DNA of 64,000 nt. Source: Basidiobolus meristosporus CBS 931.73 (lineage: Eukaryota; Fungi; Basidiobolomycota). The stretch is taken from positions 49,552 to 113,551 of the forward strand of contig MCFE01000254.1 of assembly GCA_002104905.1 (NCBI GenBank), given 5' to 3'. Position 1 is the stretch's first letter. Each line of letters opens with the position of its first letter. A model generated the notes under the pieces. It saw nothing but the letters and a program-made list of their open reading frames with translations. It did no database searches and was not told the origin of the DNA. This document shows positions 1 through 12,264 of this stretch, piece by piece. Made by a program: the position numbers and the translations under genes.

Positions 1-600
1 AAATATTCAAGCAGTAGATCATATATTCTCCCTTACTAAAGTTGAGAGGGTTCTCCTGAATCTCTTTTCTTGCAATACAATATCTTGATGGTTCAGTATT
101 ATCAGCAAGTCTTGCAAGCTTAAGTCTGTTCCTATACACTAAGTCTTCCCAGATATTGCCTTGTTTGTCCACTAGTTGGTAAGTTGTAAATGGACATTCT
201 CTAATGATCTTGAGTGGTCCTGTCCATTGTGGCTCAAGCTTCTTCCAAGTGTTATATCTTAGCAATACAAAGTTCCCAACTGTCAATTCTTCTGGTGCTA
301 TAGTCTTATCAAATCCCTGCTTCATCTTTTCTGCACTTTGAGATACTTTGGTCTGTACCTCTTGATGTCTTTGTTCCAGTTGCTGGTGTATACTTGGCTG
401 ACTGAGCTCATCATGTAAGGTGTCTGTAATCTTGGGTTGTGTGAGATCTCCTGGAATCCTTGGTTCACATCCATAAACTGAGTAAGATGACAATTGTTGA
501 GGGAGGCCTCTTCTTTCTTCAGGAGGGATGTTTCTGATTATTGCTGCTACCAATGCTACAAGTCTTGGTATAAGAGTTTTAGAGGAATAGGGAGTTTAGC
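1..600 (-). mobile_element. Ty3/Gypsy integrase C-terminal remnant
   Basis: Minus strand near 190-250 reads KLEPQWTGPLKII (GPY/F module of Gypsy integrases); degenerate and CpG-depleted; boundaries approximate. Confidence 0.6.
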
Positions 601-1464
601 TAGTATTGTATTCATTAAAACTTGAACTGATCTTTATTGAGATTCCAGCAGCTGCTTATATACATTTTGCCAGATCAACTACTGACTAATTGTATTTCCC
701 AATGTTGGCTGTGGCTGATGACACATTTGATTGCATCATCATCACCCAATAAGATCCTACTTAGTATAACTATTTCTGTCTGATAAAGATATGCTGATTC
801 ATTTGCTGAGTAATGCTACTGATTTGATAGGTAACACTGATACACTGATAACCTAAACATATAAATAACTGATTTGGCTAAAAACTGATCTAACTTAAGC
901 ATTTAAGTGGCAGATCATAACATTGTAAATACATGTTGTTTCATCCATATTAAAGCCTAAGTCTTTGAATAATTTCTGTAGCCATATAGCCTCCTTAGTT
1001 ACTTGGCAAGTAGCCATGTATTCAGCTTCATTTGTAGAAAGGGCCACAGTTGGTTGTTTCTGGCAATTCCAAGCAATTGCTGCACCAGCATAAAGAGATA
1101 TATACCCAGTTGTAGAGCATCTGTCAATCAGATCTCTACCCTGATCTGAGTTACTGTAACCATCAACTTTCTGCCTATTAGCTGCTCCAGAGTACACTAG
1201 TACCATATTTATGGTACCTTATAGATATCTGAAAATCCGCTTAACTGCTGTAATTTGACCTGATCCATAATTCTGCATGAATTGACTAACTATTCCAACT
1301 GCCACTGCAGTATCTTGCTTTGTAGACACCATCAAGTACATCAGGTTACCAGCCATTGATTGATAGGAAACGTTTTGGTCCATATTTGAGCTGTTTTCAC
1401 CAGAAACTGGCTGAGATTTGCTCAATTTCAAATTATTGTCCATTGGGTAGCTGCAGGCTTGCAA
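600..1464 (-). mobile_element. Old Ty1/Copia RT/RNase H fragment plus LTR-like segment (about 600-890)
   Basis: ORFs 895-1206 (GYSNSD...STTGY...KQPTVALSTNEAEY) and 1219-1464 (YQSMAGNLMYLM...AVKRIFRYL). Segment 600-890 has TATATAA and AATAAA on the minus strand. Confidence 0.7.
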
Positions 1465-1489
1465 TTTTCCATTTTAGAGCAAAATATCC

Positions 1490-3215
1490 TTATGAACCTA
1501 TATTTTGTACTGGAATTGAGTCTGCATTTCCTGGATTATTCTCTTCTGCTGCACAAAAAGTTGTCCTTCTTTTTTGATTGTCAGAAGTGATTGTCAGCCA
1601 TAAGCTTCCATCAGGTCTGTTATCAGCTTGTAGAAGACATTTTCTCTCATAAGGTTGTCCTAACAATACCTCAATAGTGGGTCCATTGGCAACAATGAAA
1701 AAGGGAGAAGTAACCCTGATTCCTCCAGCTTCAATTGTCACAGAGTGACAAAGTCCAAGCATCTTCTCTGTTGCACCTGTAGCAGTTCTCATATTCCAGT
1801 CAACTTCTGTCAATGGTAATTTGATTTTTCAATAGTCATTGCAGTTATAGCATTGATTTCTGATCCAGAATCAAAAACACATTCCACTGATAACTTTCTG
1901 TGTGATTGCAGTAGTGTCATTCTTATATTAAGATTGCAAGTGTTCTTTTTGGATTTTTGATGTTTTTGGCTGTACTGGTATTTCAACAACTGGCTGATTT
2001 CTCTTGGTGGTAAATACTCATCTAGGATCGCTCTTGGAAGAGATATATTTTCTCTTATCAATAAGGCAGTCAAATTCTTCAACTTCCTCTTTTTCCTTTA
2101 GATATTCTTGGACCTGCCCTGATGGGTCTGATATTGTGAGTATGTAACATTCATTGCTTGGAATTTCTGCAGTCTTTTGGATTTGTATAAAATTTAATGT
2201 TGTGGTGCTTTTACTTGATTCTTCTTGAGCAAGTATATAGGACCTCATTCCACCGTAACCTTGGTTGATAGGCAAGGGGTTTCCTGCAATATCACAGATC
2301 TTCCCATAGCAATTAGTCATAACTTTATGACTGTCAATAATGATATTCAATATTTGACAACCATAACAACTATGTTCAGCAGATTCACAGTACACACAAT
2401 ATTTGGTTTGCTGTGGATAATTACTGGCTGTTTTGGGATTTTATGTTCTTGCCTTGTTGATGCTTGATGATGGTACACCTTGAGAGTCTAACTTAAGCGC
2501 CAGTTTTCCTGATGCATCAACTAACTCATTAACCTGATTACTTTGTGGGCTATTTGTACAATGAAGAATTTGTTTAGCTGGGGTGGGAATCCTCATTTGA
2601 GTATTGAGGGAATCCATGACTTGTCTCCCTAATTGATAGTTTAACACCATTTGTTTAACACTGTTGTAGGAGCTAGTAGCCTGAACTTGCTGGCTAATGG
2701 CATTATGTATCTCAGGAGGCATATTCATCAGAAAATAGTTTCTTTGATAAAATCTTGGAATTCCAATAGCCACTTCAACATGCCTTGCTTTTGACTAAAA
2801 CTTTTGAATGCACTTTTGCAAGGTTTGGGTCATGTTGTAAGGCATTTGTAGCTCATTTAGTGTAACAAACTGTGCTTCCTTTTGGTACTCAGCTAAAATA
2901 GCTTGTTGAGCAGTGTCCAAGTTATAGTCAGTGCCAACAGATACCTCAAATGGATTGAAACTTTGTAAGAATCTTGATACTTCAACTTTGCAGAGAAACA
3001 GAAAGAACTGAATTTTGTTCTTGTGTGATAGCGCAAATGCTGCAACTTTATTGTTAAACTCTTCTAGAAACTCAGCAACATTCTCTCCTGAGAATTTTAC
3101 TGGGATGGCACCCTTGAAAGTGGCTATTATTGCTGGGAGTGGTGTGTTGGTCATTCTTGTAATGTTTGTTGATGCTTGTAAAGTGAAAGGTTCAAACTAC
3201 CCAGGTCCTCCACCA
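1490..3215 (-). mobile_element. Ty3/Gypsy gag-protease region, degenerate
   Basis: Gag-like ORF 2795-3154; zinc knuckle CVYCESAEHSCYGC (C-x2-C-x4-H-x4-C) near 2398; aspartic protease motif VFDSGSEIN in 1810-2082; several stops and frameshifts. Confidence 0.75.
3200..3215 (-). promoter_or_regulatory. Primer-binding site of the Gypsy element (tRNA-Ala-like 3' end)
   Basis: Minus strand TGGTGGAGGACCTGGG just upstream of gag; its complement ends in UCCACCA, typical of tRNA-Ala. Confidence 0.55.
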
Positions 3216-3611
3216 AATTCTTGTTGTATTGTATTATGACATAGGCACAGCACCTGTGAGAATATCACATGATATGATGGGCTGGCTCAAAAGTTACACG
3301 CAATCAAAGTCACAATAGTAATCCTAGCAATAGTGGCCTAGTATATGTAATAATTGGGCTCTTTTGGTCATAAATTCTTAAGTACTGCTTCAAATGAGCT
3401 GTAACTTGAAACATGTGTTGGCTACTGCATGTTCTGTATGACATAATATTCTTGGGTGGATTGCCTGTCAGAGTCTGGAGTATTTGTCATTTAAAGTTGG
3501 ATTTTCTTGATCTTTGACTTGTATATTACAATAGCAAAAAGCAAAATAAGGAAATGGGTGCAATATTGGTTTTGATATATTGTAGTAATGGAATACTTTC
3601 CATTACCACAG

Positions 3612-6600
3612 ATCTAAGTGACTAAGTTAGGTGAATGTTAAGGTGGAATTACAGATTTTTGCAACACTCCCACTCAGCCAAATGCTCATACCAACTAGTC
3701 CCAATTTTGACCTAAGATATTTAAACTTGTTTCTTGCTAATGGTTTGGTAAATATGTCTGCAATCATTTCATCTGAAGGATAGTAAGTTAAGCTAACTAA
3801 GTTATTCTCTATAGCTTCATGTATGAAATGATGTCTAATATCTATGTGCTCAGCTCTAGCATGAAAAGCTGGATTTCCACTTAATTGTATACACCCTGAA
3901 TATCTTAAAAAAAGTAATAGGCCTTTTTTGATATATGTTTAAATCTGTAAAAAGCTTTCTTAGCTGCATTGCTTCTTTTGTAGATTCACATGCTGACATA
4001 TACTCTGCCTCTGTGGTAGAAAGTGCTATGGTTGGTTGCATCCTTGAATTACATGAAAGATGTATCCTATGGTGGATCTTCTGTCTGCCAGGTTTTGTCC
4101 CCAGTCAGCATCAGTTTATCCCACAAGATCCAGTTCTTAATCCTTATAAGTGTATCTTAAGCGGATATCAGTAGTTCCTTTTAGGTATCTAAAAATCCGC
4201 TCAACTGCTGCAATATGATCAGATCCATAGTTCTGATTATGCTGCCTGACAACTCCCACTGAATGTGAGATGACTGGACATGTTCCAAGCATGATGTATA
4301 TCAGACTTCCAACTGTAGATTGATAAGAAAAGTCAGGGCTTTCAGATGGCATCACGCTATCTTGATTTGGTTGAGTTTTACCAAGTTAAGGTTTGTCTCC
4401 ATTGGGGTAGCTGCCAGCTTAAAGTCTTTTGTTTTGAGCTTCTTCAGTATATCTTCAATATACTTGGATTGGCTTAGGGTAATGGTCTGGGTACCTCTGC
4501 CTATGGAAAGCTTAATCCCTGGGTAGTAACTGAGTTCTCCTAGATTGGACATCTTGAACTCCTTAGAAAGGCTGGATTTAGTCTCTTGCAATGTTGCTAG
4601 GTTATTGGAGGCTGTAATAAGATCATCTACATTTAAAGCTAATAGAACTGGACTTGCTCTATCTGGCTTATAGTATGTACCATAGTCAGTTTTACTCCTT
4701 TTGAAACTCAGAGACTCCAAAGAAGGATCTATCTTACAATTCCAGGCTCTTGGTGATTGCTTAAGACCATATAGAGACTTTTTAAGCTTGCAGACCAAAT
4801 GGGGTCTATCTTGGTCAACAAACCCATCAGGCTGGTCCATATACATATCCTTATCAAGTTCTCCACTGAAAAATGCAGTTCTTGCATCCATTTGATGAAT
4901 AAATGACTTATATTTGGCTGCAATAGCCAATAGTAATCTGATGGAATTAAACTTGGCTACCTGTGCAAAGGTCTCAGTCTAGTCAACTCCTTTTGTTTGA
5001 GAGTATCCTTTGGTCGCAAGTCTTGCTTTGTATCTTTCAATTGTACCATCAGCCTTGTATTTTGTCTTGAAGACCCATCTGCATCCAATTGATTTTTGGT
5101 TGATTGGTAATTTGACCAAGTCCCAAGTTTGTTGTTCCATTAGGGCCTGAAATTCCTCAGTCATTGCAGATCTCCAAAGCTTTGTCTGAGGGCTATTTAG
5201 GGCTGCTTTTACAGCCTGGGGTTCATCAATATGAACTGAATAGGCAGAGGCTATGCTTTACCCTCACTGATATAGTAATTTGGGCTCTCTCTGGTCTGAT
5301 TGGATCTCCAGGCAATTGATACTGAAGTGATCACTTCTGAGATATTCCTGGGCACTGCTTCAGGCAGAACCATGGTTTTAGAGTCATCTGGAGTGAAAAG
5401 ATCTTCATTGTTTTGCTCTGATTCAATCCTGACAGTTGGTGGACTTGAGATCAGATTTTTGTCATCATCTGATGTTGTTTTTTGTAAATATTTTGAATAT
5501 TCCTCAAACAGCACTTGCCTGGACTTGATTGACTTCTTTGCTTTGGTACTGTAGAGTCTGTGTGTATTACTCTCATTGCAGTAGCCCAAAAATATGCATT
5601 TTACATGTTTTGGCTCACATTTGGCTGATTTCCAGGCAGCTTCTTGGCATATACTCTACACCCAAATATTCTTAGATATTCTGCACATGGTCTGTATCCA
5701 TACCATGCCTCATATGGTGTGGAACTAGAAAATATTCACTTATAACTCCTATTTTTAAGGTATCCAGCTGTGGCAACTGATTCCACCCAAAAATCAGAGG
5801 GAAATTTTTGATCATAGATATTGCCATATTAATTATTGCTCTGTTTGCACGTTCTGCTATTCCATTTGGCTGTGGGGAGTAGAGTACAGTAGTCACTTGC
5901 TTTATCCCAAGAATCTTGCAGAAGTGGATGAAGAGTTTTGAAATATATTCTCCACCATTGTCAGAGAATATTTTCTTGATTTTTTACTAGTTACTCTCTC
6001 CACCATGGCTTTAAGCTCCCTGAACTTGGACAGAGCTTTTTCCTTTTTCTCCATGAAGTAGTCCCATGTGCTTCTTGTATAATCATCAATAAAAGTGATT
6101 AAATACTTCATCTTACCTAAGGATTAATTTTGCATAGGTTCACACAGATGTGTGTGAATTAGATCTAATTTTTTGTTAGGTTTGATTAAGCCAGAGCTCT
6201 TGAACGGTTGTCTGGCATGTTTCCTATATATGCAGGCCTCACAGTGCCCCTAATCAGCTGAGGGATCATTTTATACTCCAGAAATTAGCTGATCTTTGAT
6301 CATTTTGCGCAAATAATCAAAATTGATTTGCCCAAATCTCCTGTGCCAAAGCATTGGTGTTTCTTCATTTAAGTTACTTATATTGGCTTCTAGATATGCT
6401 GGAATATAAGTCAACTTGTATAGATTCTGATATCTGATACCCAAAGCAATATGGGCACCATTTTGATCAGTGATTTTGCATCCAGAACTGTCAAAGTTGA
6501 AACTGAGTCCTTCTGCATTGGCCTTGCTTACATATAGATGGTTCTTGGCTATTCCTGGTACATAGAGTACTTCTTTGAAAGTCAGAGTATGGCTTCCTTC

Positions 6601-7834
6601 ACTATTTCTAAGGTTTACTTGGGCAATTCCTTCTCCCACTGCATCAAGTGTTCTATTGTCACCCACTAAAACCTTCTAAATTGGAATTTCTTGATATTGG
6701 GTAAAATGTTCTTTTTGGTGTGAGAAGTGTTGAGATGCTTCAGAGTCAATATACCATGTCTGAGAATCCTTGTTTGTGCTTGTATTTAGTGCAGATATGA
6801 AGAGCCCATCATCAGTTGTTGCAGCATTTCCACATTCAGGCTTCTTTTGTTGATTATCTCTCTTTTTGAGACACCAGTCTGATGTGTGTCCTTTCCTTTT
6901 GCAGTAGTTGCAAAACAGGCTGCTGCTGCCTTTGTAGGGTTTTGGGTACCTCCTTTGTTGGTTATCATTGCTTATTAAAGCATTTTCTTCTTCCTTCTCA
7001 TTGGTGCTTGATTTTCTTAATTCTTCATCCAGAAGCCTTCCAAATCTGTAACTTAAGTTCAAATCTTCAGTTTGGGACTCTAGAGCTGATACAAGGCCCT
7101 GGAACTTGTCTGTCAGGCTATTCAGGATGGCAACTATCATATCCTCATCAGTTGTTGTTACACCCACAGATTCCATCTCATTTACCAGCAGGGTAACTCT
7201 GTAAATTAGATTTTTCATTTGTTCTCCTGGCTGCATTTTTGTAGTAAAGAATTTTTGACTCAGATATATTTTCTTAGCAGCTGAGCATGACTGATAGGTG
7301 TCTTTTAATGCCTTCCAGGCATTCTTTACTGTTTTTTGCTCTTGAGCATTGAATTTACAATTTGTCTTTAACATTATTGCACATGCAGTTAAAGGCACTT
7401 TTTTCGTTCTTCTGGTACTTTGAGGCTGTCTTTCCCATGTTTTTGGGAGGGCATTCTTCCCCCATGACAATATCCCAAAGGCCTCTTTCTTGTAGCAGCA
7501 TTTTCATCTTCACCTTCCACACTTGGTAGTTAGATCCATGCAACTTTTCAGCCAAGGGAAAAATTCTAGTAATAGCAGTAGTAGACATTGCAGAGAGTGA
7601 CAGCTTGGGGCTCATAACCTGTTAACAGAGTCTTAGAGATGTTGAAAGTGATTGGGAGGACAAGTAGATTATGTGGTTTTCACTTAATAGGTTATTGAAT
7701 GTAAAAGTTGTATTTATACTTTTACATTGTCTTGGCATTAAAAACATGTATAATAGGTTAAGATAGGTCCCAAGAGCATGTGTGCAAAGTTTGGGGATGT
7801 TTGGATAACTTGAGAATTTTCATGTTCTAGGTAC
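3612..7834 (-). mobile_element. Copia-1: Ty1/Copia element, frameshifted; 3' LTR truncated, 5' LTR split by Copia-2
   Basis: Order on minus strand: LTR part 7620-7834, PBS, gag 7355-7615 and 6676-7470, protease/GAG-pre-integrase 6271-6666, integrase 5251-6111, RT 4137-5164, RNase H to about 3680, polypurine tract, LTR start TGTTG at 3666. Confidence 0.9.
7608..7619 (-). promoter_or_regulatory. Half-tRNA(iMet)-type primer-binding site containing the gag ATG
   Basis: GGTTATGAGCCC directly after the LTR end, complementary to the initiator tRNA anticodon arm; identical at 50941-50952, degenerate near 8183 and 16471. Confidence 0.8.
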
Positions 7835-8182
7835 TGTTGTAAAAATTTGTAATTCCACCTAAATATTCACCTAACTTAGTCACTTAGATCATTACACTCA
7901 AATCCTAGAGAATACTGACCAAATTCCTTGTCAGGATTTACTTGGAATATTTTCACCAAAATACCAGGTACCCAGAACATGAAAATTCTCAAAGTTGTCC
8001 AAACAGCCCCAAACTTTGCACACATGTTCTTGGGACCTTTCTTAACCTATTCTACATGTTTGTAATGCCAAGACCAGGTAAAAGTATAAATACTACTTTA
8101 AATTCAATAAATCATTAAGTGAAAACCACATAATCTACTTGTCCTCCCAATCACTTCCAATATCTCCAAGACTCTTACAACA
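7835..8182 (+). repeat. Copia-2 5' LTR
   Basis: TGTTGTAAAAAT...GACTCTTACAACA; homologous to the other LTR copies in the window. Confidence 0.9.
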
Positions 8183-9601
8183 AGTTTTGAGCCCCAAGCT
8201 GTCACTCTCTGCAAGGTCTACTACTGCTATTGCTGGAATTTTACCCTCTTCCAAGGAATTGAATGGATCTAACTACCAAGTGTGGAAGGTGAAGATGAAG
8301 ATGCTGCTACAAGAAAGAGGCCTTTGGGATATTGTCATGGGGGAAGAATGCCCTCCTAGAAATGTGGGAGAGGAAGCCTTAAAGTACCAGAAGAAAGAAC
8401 AAAGTGCCTTCAACTGCATTTGCCTTAATGTTAAAGACAAATTGCTAATTCAATGCTCAAGAGCAAAAACGGCAAAGAATGCCTAGAAGGCATTAGAAGA
8501 CACCTACCAGTCATGTTCAGCTGCAATGAAAATGTATCTGAGACAAAAATTCTTTACTACAAAGATGCTGTCAGGAGAAGAAATGAAAAATCCAATTAAC
8601 AGAATTACCCTGCTGGTAGATGAGATGGAATCTGTGGGCATACCAACTACTGATGAGGAAGTGATAGTTACTATCCTGAATAGCCTGACAGACAAGTTTC
8701 AGGGCCTTGTATCAGCCCTAGAGTCCAGAACTGAAGATTTGACCTTATATTACATATATGGAGGACTCCTGGATGAAGAATTAAGAAAATCAAGCGCCAA
8801 TAAGAAGGAAGAAGAAAATGCATTAATAAGCAATGATAACCAACAAAGGAAGTACCCAAGACCCACAAAGACAACAGCAACCTGTTTTGCAACTACTTCA
8901 AAGGGAAAGGACACACATCAGACCGGTGTCTCAAAAAGAGAGATTATCAGCAAAAGAAGACTGAATATGGAAATGCTGCAACAACTGAAGATAGACTATT
9001 CATATCTGCACTAAATATGACTACAAACAAGGATTCTCAGACGTGGTATATTAGACTTGTTCTATTGTACCATGCCAGGGCGCACGGCACAATCCGTGGT
9101 TGTAAAGAACAATTGGGCACAATATTGTAGCTACCGGAAGGCAGGATTGTTCTTGGACAATTTTGCACCATGCAGGACAATCTTGCACACTATGGCACAA
9201 TCCAACACAATGAGGTTGGCACAGATGATTGCACCAACTTGTAATGTTTGCCCCCAATTGGCTCATTGACTACTAAAAAAGCTACCTGATTTGCCATCAA
9301 ATATCCCATTTTGCCCATAGAGCAAGTAAATCCCTGATCCTAGTGATTGGACAAGGTGTCATAGGTAGCACTCAAGCGATTGTGTAGGTGCAAAACAGAT
9401 CCAATAGCTGCACTGGTATTACAGATGATGTATATATATGCAGGTGTTTATTTATAGGGGTTCTGTCTCAAATGTGAGACGACCTCGATATTACTTATAT
9501 CAAAAATTTGATGATCACTGATTTGCAATGGCTTGATTTGGATTGCAAAAAAAATGGGTTGTTGGGATCATTACAAATGTGAGCAATTCAAAGCAATCTC
9601 A

Positions 9602-10834
9602 TCATCTTCTCCTGGGTTTTTTTCTCACAGGGATGACTACTGAAGCATTTGGTAGTGACTCACTTTGCACACCTATACTACTTCCTGGCTGACTATCATC
9701 TTGGCTACTTGTGTATTTGTAGTCAGTATTTTGCCTCCTAGTTGATGAGTGCAATGCTGCAGCTTGGCCGCACTGAATTGCTGCAACTGAACCAACTGAA
9801 CTGGCCTGTAGTGCCATGCGCTGACGCGTTCTTTTACTTGCCAAGGGCTCCGGTAGTTGAGGCACTTCATGTTGGTCATCATCAGTCAGTTCACCAGAAG
9901 TAACTCGCTGATGGTCAGGCAAAACAGCACGCACAGGCGCGCCTTGATGCATTGAGATGGCCCTTGGCTGAGTTCAATGTGATGCTGCATGTTGACACGA
10001 CTTGGTCCGCTCCAATGTACTCGTGTCTAAATGAGCAGTTTGGCAAGTTCTTGTAGTTTTACTCTGAAGCACACGCATTGACTTGATGCGGGGCGTTCTG
10101 GTAAAGGGTGTTGGCATCGACTGAACTGACGTGTGCCAGCACGCTGTGATTGCAAGAGATGGTAGGGAATCCAGCAAGGTGTGCTGGCGCAATCTGGACA
10201 ATGTTGCTTGCGGTCTGTATTCCTCCTCCTGAAGCTCACCATCTGATTCCTCAAGGTATTCACTTACCCTCTGTCTGATACTTTGGGGCTGTTGCCTGTA
10301 TGAGTCCTGTGTATATTGCTCTTGGAAGCCACTTAGCTCTACTAATATATCATGTAGTACATTAGTCATTTGAGGCAAAAACTCATTCAAAATCTCTTTG
10401 GTTCCCAAAGTTGAGGCACAAACGGATGCGTCCAGTCTGTACTGTGCAAATTGCGTGCAAAATCATTCCCGTGCGGCTGCTTTGTCAAATTCCCTCACTC
10501 TCAGCTCATTCTGGATTTCAATACTTGTCTTGTTATATATCTTTGTACATACATTGGCTGGCATCTTGATGTAGAACTCATGCCACAGCTTTCTACCCAA
10601 ATTCTTCCATCTTTGTCAACTCTCTGAGGTATCTAGTTCTGCTAGATTAATCAGTAGAGCCCAAATATTTGTATGAAGGCTCATCATAGACTCTTGGGCC
10701 GTACTAAAATCATTTGGCAAGTACTTGAATGGATCCAACATTGACTTTTCCAGTCTAGACCGCGCTTGTGAGCTGGGGGATGGGTTTTGTCTGGGTTGTA
10801 CTAAAGATGAGTTGAGGCTTGGTGTGGGGACCAT
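9602..10834 (-). pseudogene. Companion ORF of the PHIS element (possible Myb/SANT-like protein), broken
   Basis: Collinear ORF pieces 10616-10834, 9974-10408 and 9602-9952, divergent from the transposase; QRWKNLGRK resembles a trihelix W motif; PIF/Harbinger elements typically carry a second ORF. Confidence 0.5.
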
Positions 10835-11195
10835 AGCAACGGATTTGGATACTTATACAGCAGTATATTGGCATCAACCTGGTCTTATATGAAATATATA
10901 TGAAAACTAATGTGATTGTTGAATTTTCCATATATTATGCATGATGCATCTTGGATTGCGTTGACACGGATCAGATCACATCAATTGCAGATTTCCTATT
11001 TGATTATAGACCTATGATTAAAGCATCAGTAAAAGTACCAAGGCATTGTTTGCGGATGCATTTTTTGCGACATAATGATGGGATACATGGCAATTGATGG
11101 AGATTTAACCATAATGTATTAAAAATCAGATAAATAACGCAGATCGTGCCAAATCAATTCAAACCGCCTCCATACAATCATCCACCAATTTTAAT

Positions 11196-12081
11196 ATGAC
11201 TTACTCATCTGAATGGTCTTTTCTCATCAATCCCATCACCACCACTGGATTTCCTTTTGACACACTAGAGGAGATCTATTCCAAGTACTGTGGACCATCA
11301 ACCCCAATCAACTCAAGGAGATCCCTTGTTAAGCTTCTCTGCTATTACAAGAACTATTGCCCTACAAGGTTTCATCCCACCATCCATGGCAACAAAAGTC
11401 CTAGAAGCTTTCATTCCCAGCTGACAGCTATGGAGAACCACCTTGCAGAGGGTATGAATGACTTATAGCAAGCTTGGAATACTAGGCTCAGAAGCTCCAA
11501 TAGACTTGCATATCCCAGAGTGTTCAGCAACAGGTTCCATATCAGGAGTATTTTGGATACCTTCCCAGTGAGTATTAACAGACCTTCTAGTGGGCAGAGG
11601 CACTTTTATTCTGGCATGTACAAGGCACACTGTGTGAAGTTTCAAGCACTGTCTGACATTGAGGGTAACATCATCTGGTTTAGTGGGCCATTTGCTGGAA
11701 GTAGGCATGACAAAGCACTCTGGGTAGAGAATCATCCTGAATTTGGTAGAGGGGAGAAATGTATCGGCAGACTTAGCCTATATAGGAGAGGATTGTCAGA
11801 GATTAGGATGTATTACAGCTTATAGGAAGCCAAGGAATGGTGTGCTTAGCAGGAAGCAGAAGCTCTACAATGAGATATTTAATCATTTCAGAGTGAGGGT
11901 AGAGTGCACATTTGGATATCTGAAGAGATTCAGCATATTGGCAGGTAAATACAGAGGAAAGTCATATATAGGAGAAAACAGCAGAATAGGTAAAATAGTT
12001 AAGATACTTATTAATGCACAGTATGTTCATACAAGAAGACATCCACTGAGAGAAATGTGTCTGGAGCATTATGAAGAGTAA
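11196..12081 (+). pseudogene. DDE_Tnp_4-type (Harbinger-like) transposase, disrupted
   Basis: Motifs ILDTFPV...FYSG...KFQ, GSRHD, ADLAY, RVRVECTFGYLKRF; in-frame TAG at 11466-11468 and a +1 frameshift near 11765. Confidence 0.85.
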
Positions 12082-12264
12082 ATAAAGCAAGGAAAGCACT
12101 ATTCTGAGCAACATAAGTAAGATTGAGTAAAATTACCAGTAACTGTATCATACCACTGGCATCATGGTAGAAATTATAGTGCCAGATAGTGCTGTAGAGT
12201 GCCAGATCAATCCGGCACCATAAACAGGCTGGCACTATGTGGCACTATCCAACAGAACAAGTCT

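Larger units (their letters stand above)
9053..12264. mobile_element. PHIS-superfamily (PIF/Harbinger-related, Pangu-like) DNA transposon, 3212 bp
   Basis: TIRs AGACTTGTTCT(A/G)TTG at both ends; 3-bp TSD ATT (9050-9052 and 12265-12267); removing it restores the Copia frame W-Y-I-D-S-G; subterminal GGCAC repeats. Confidence 0.92.
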
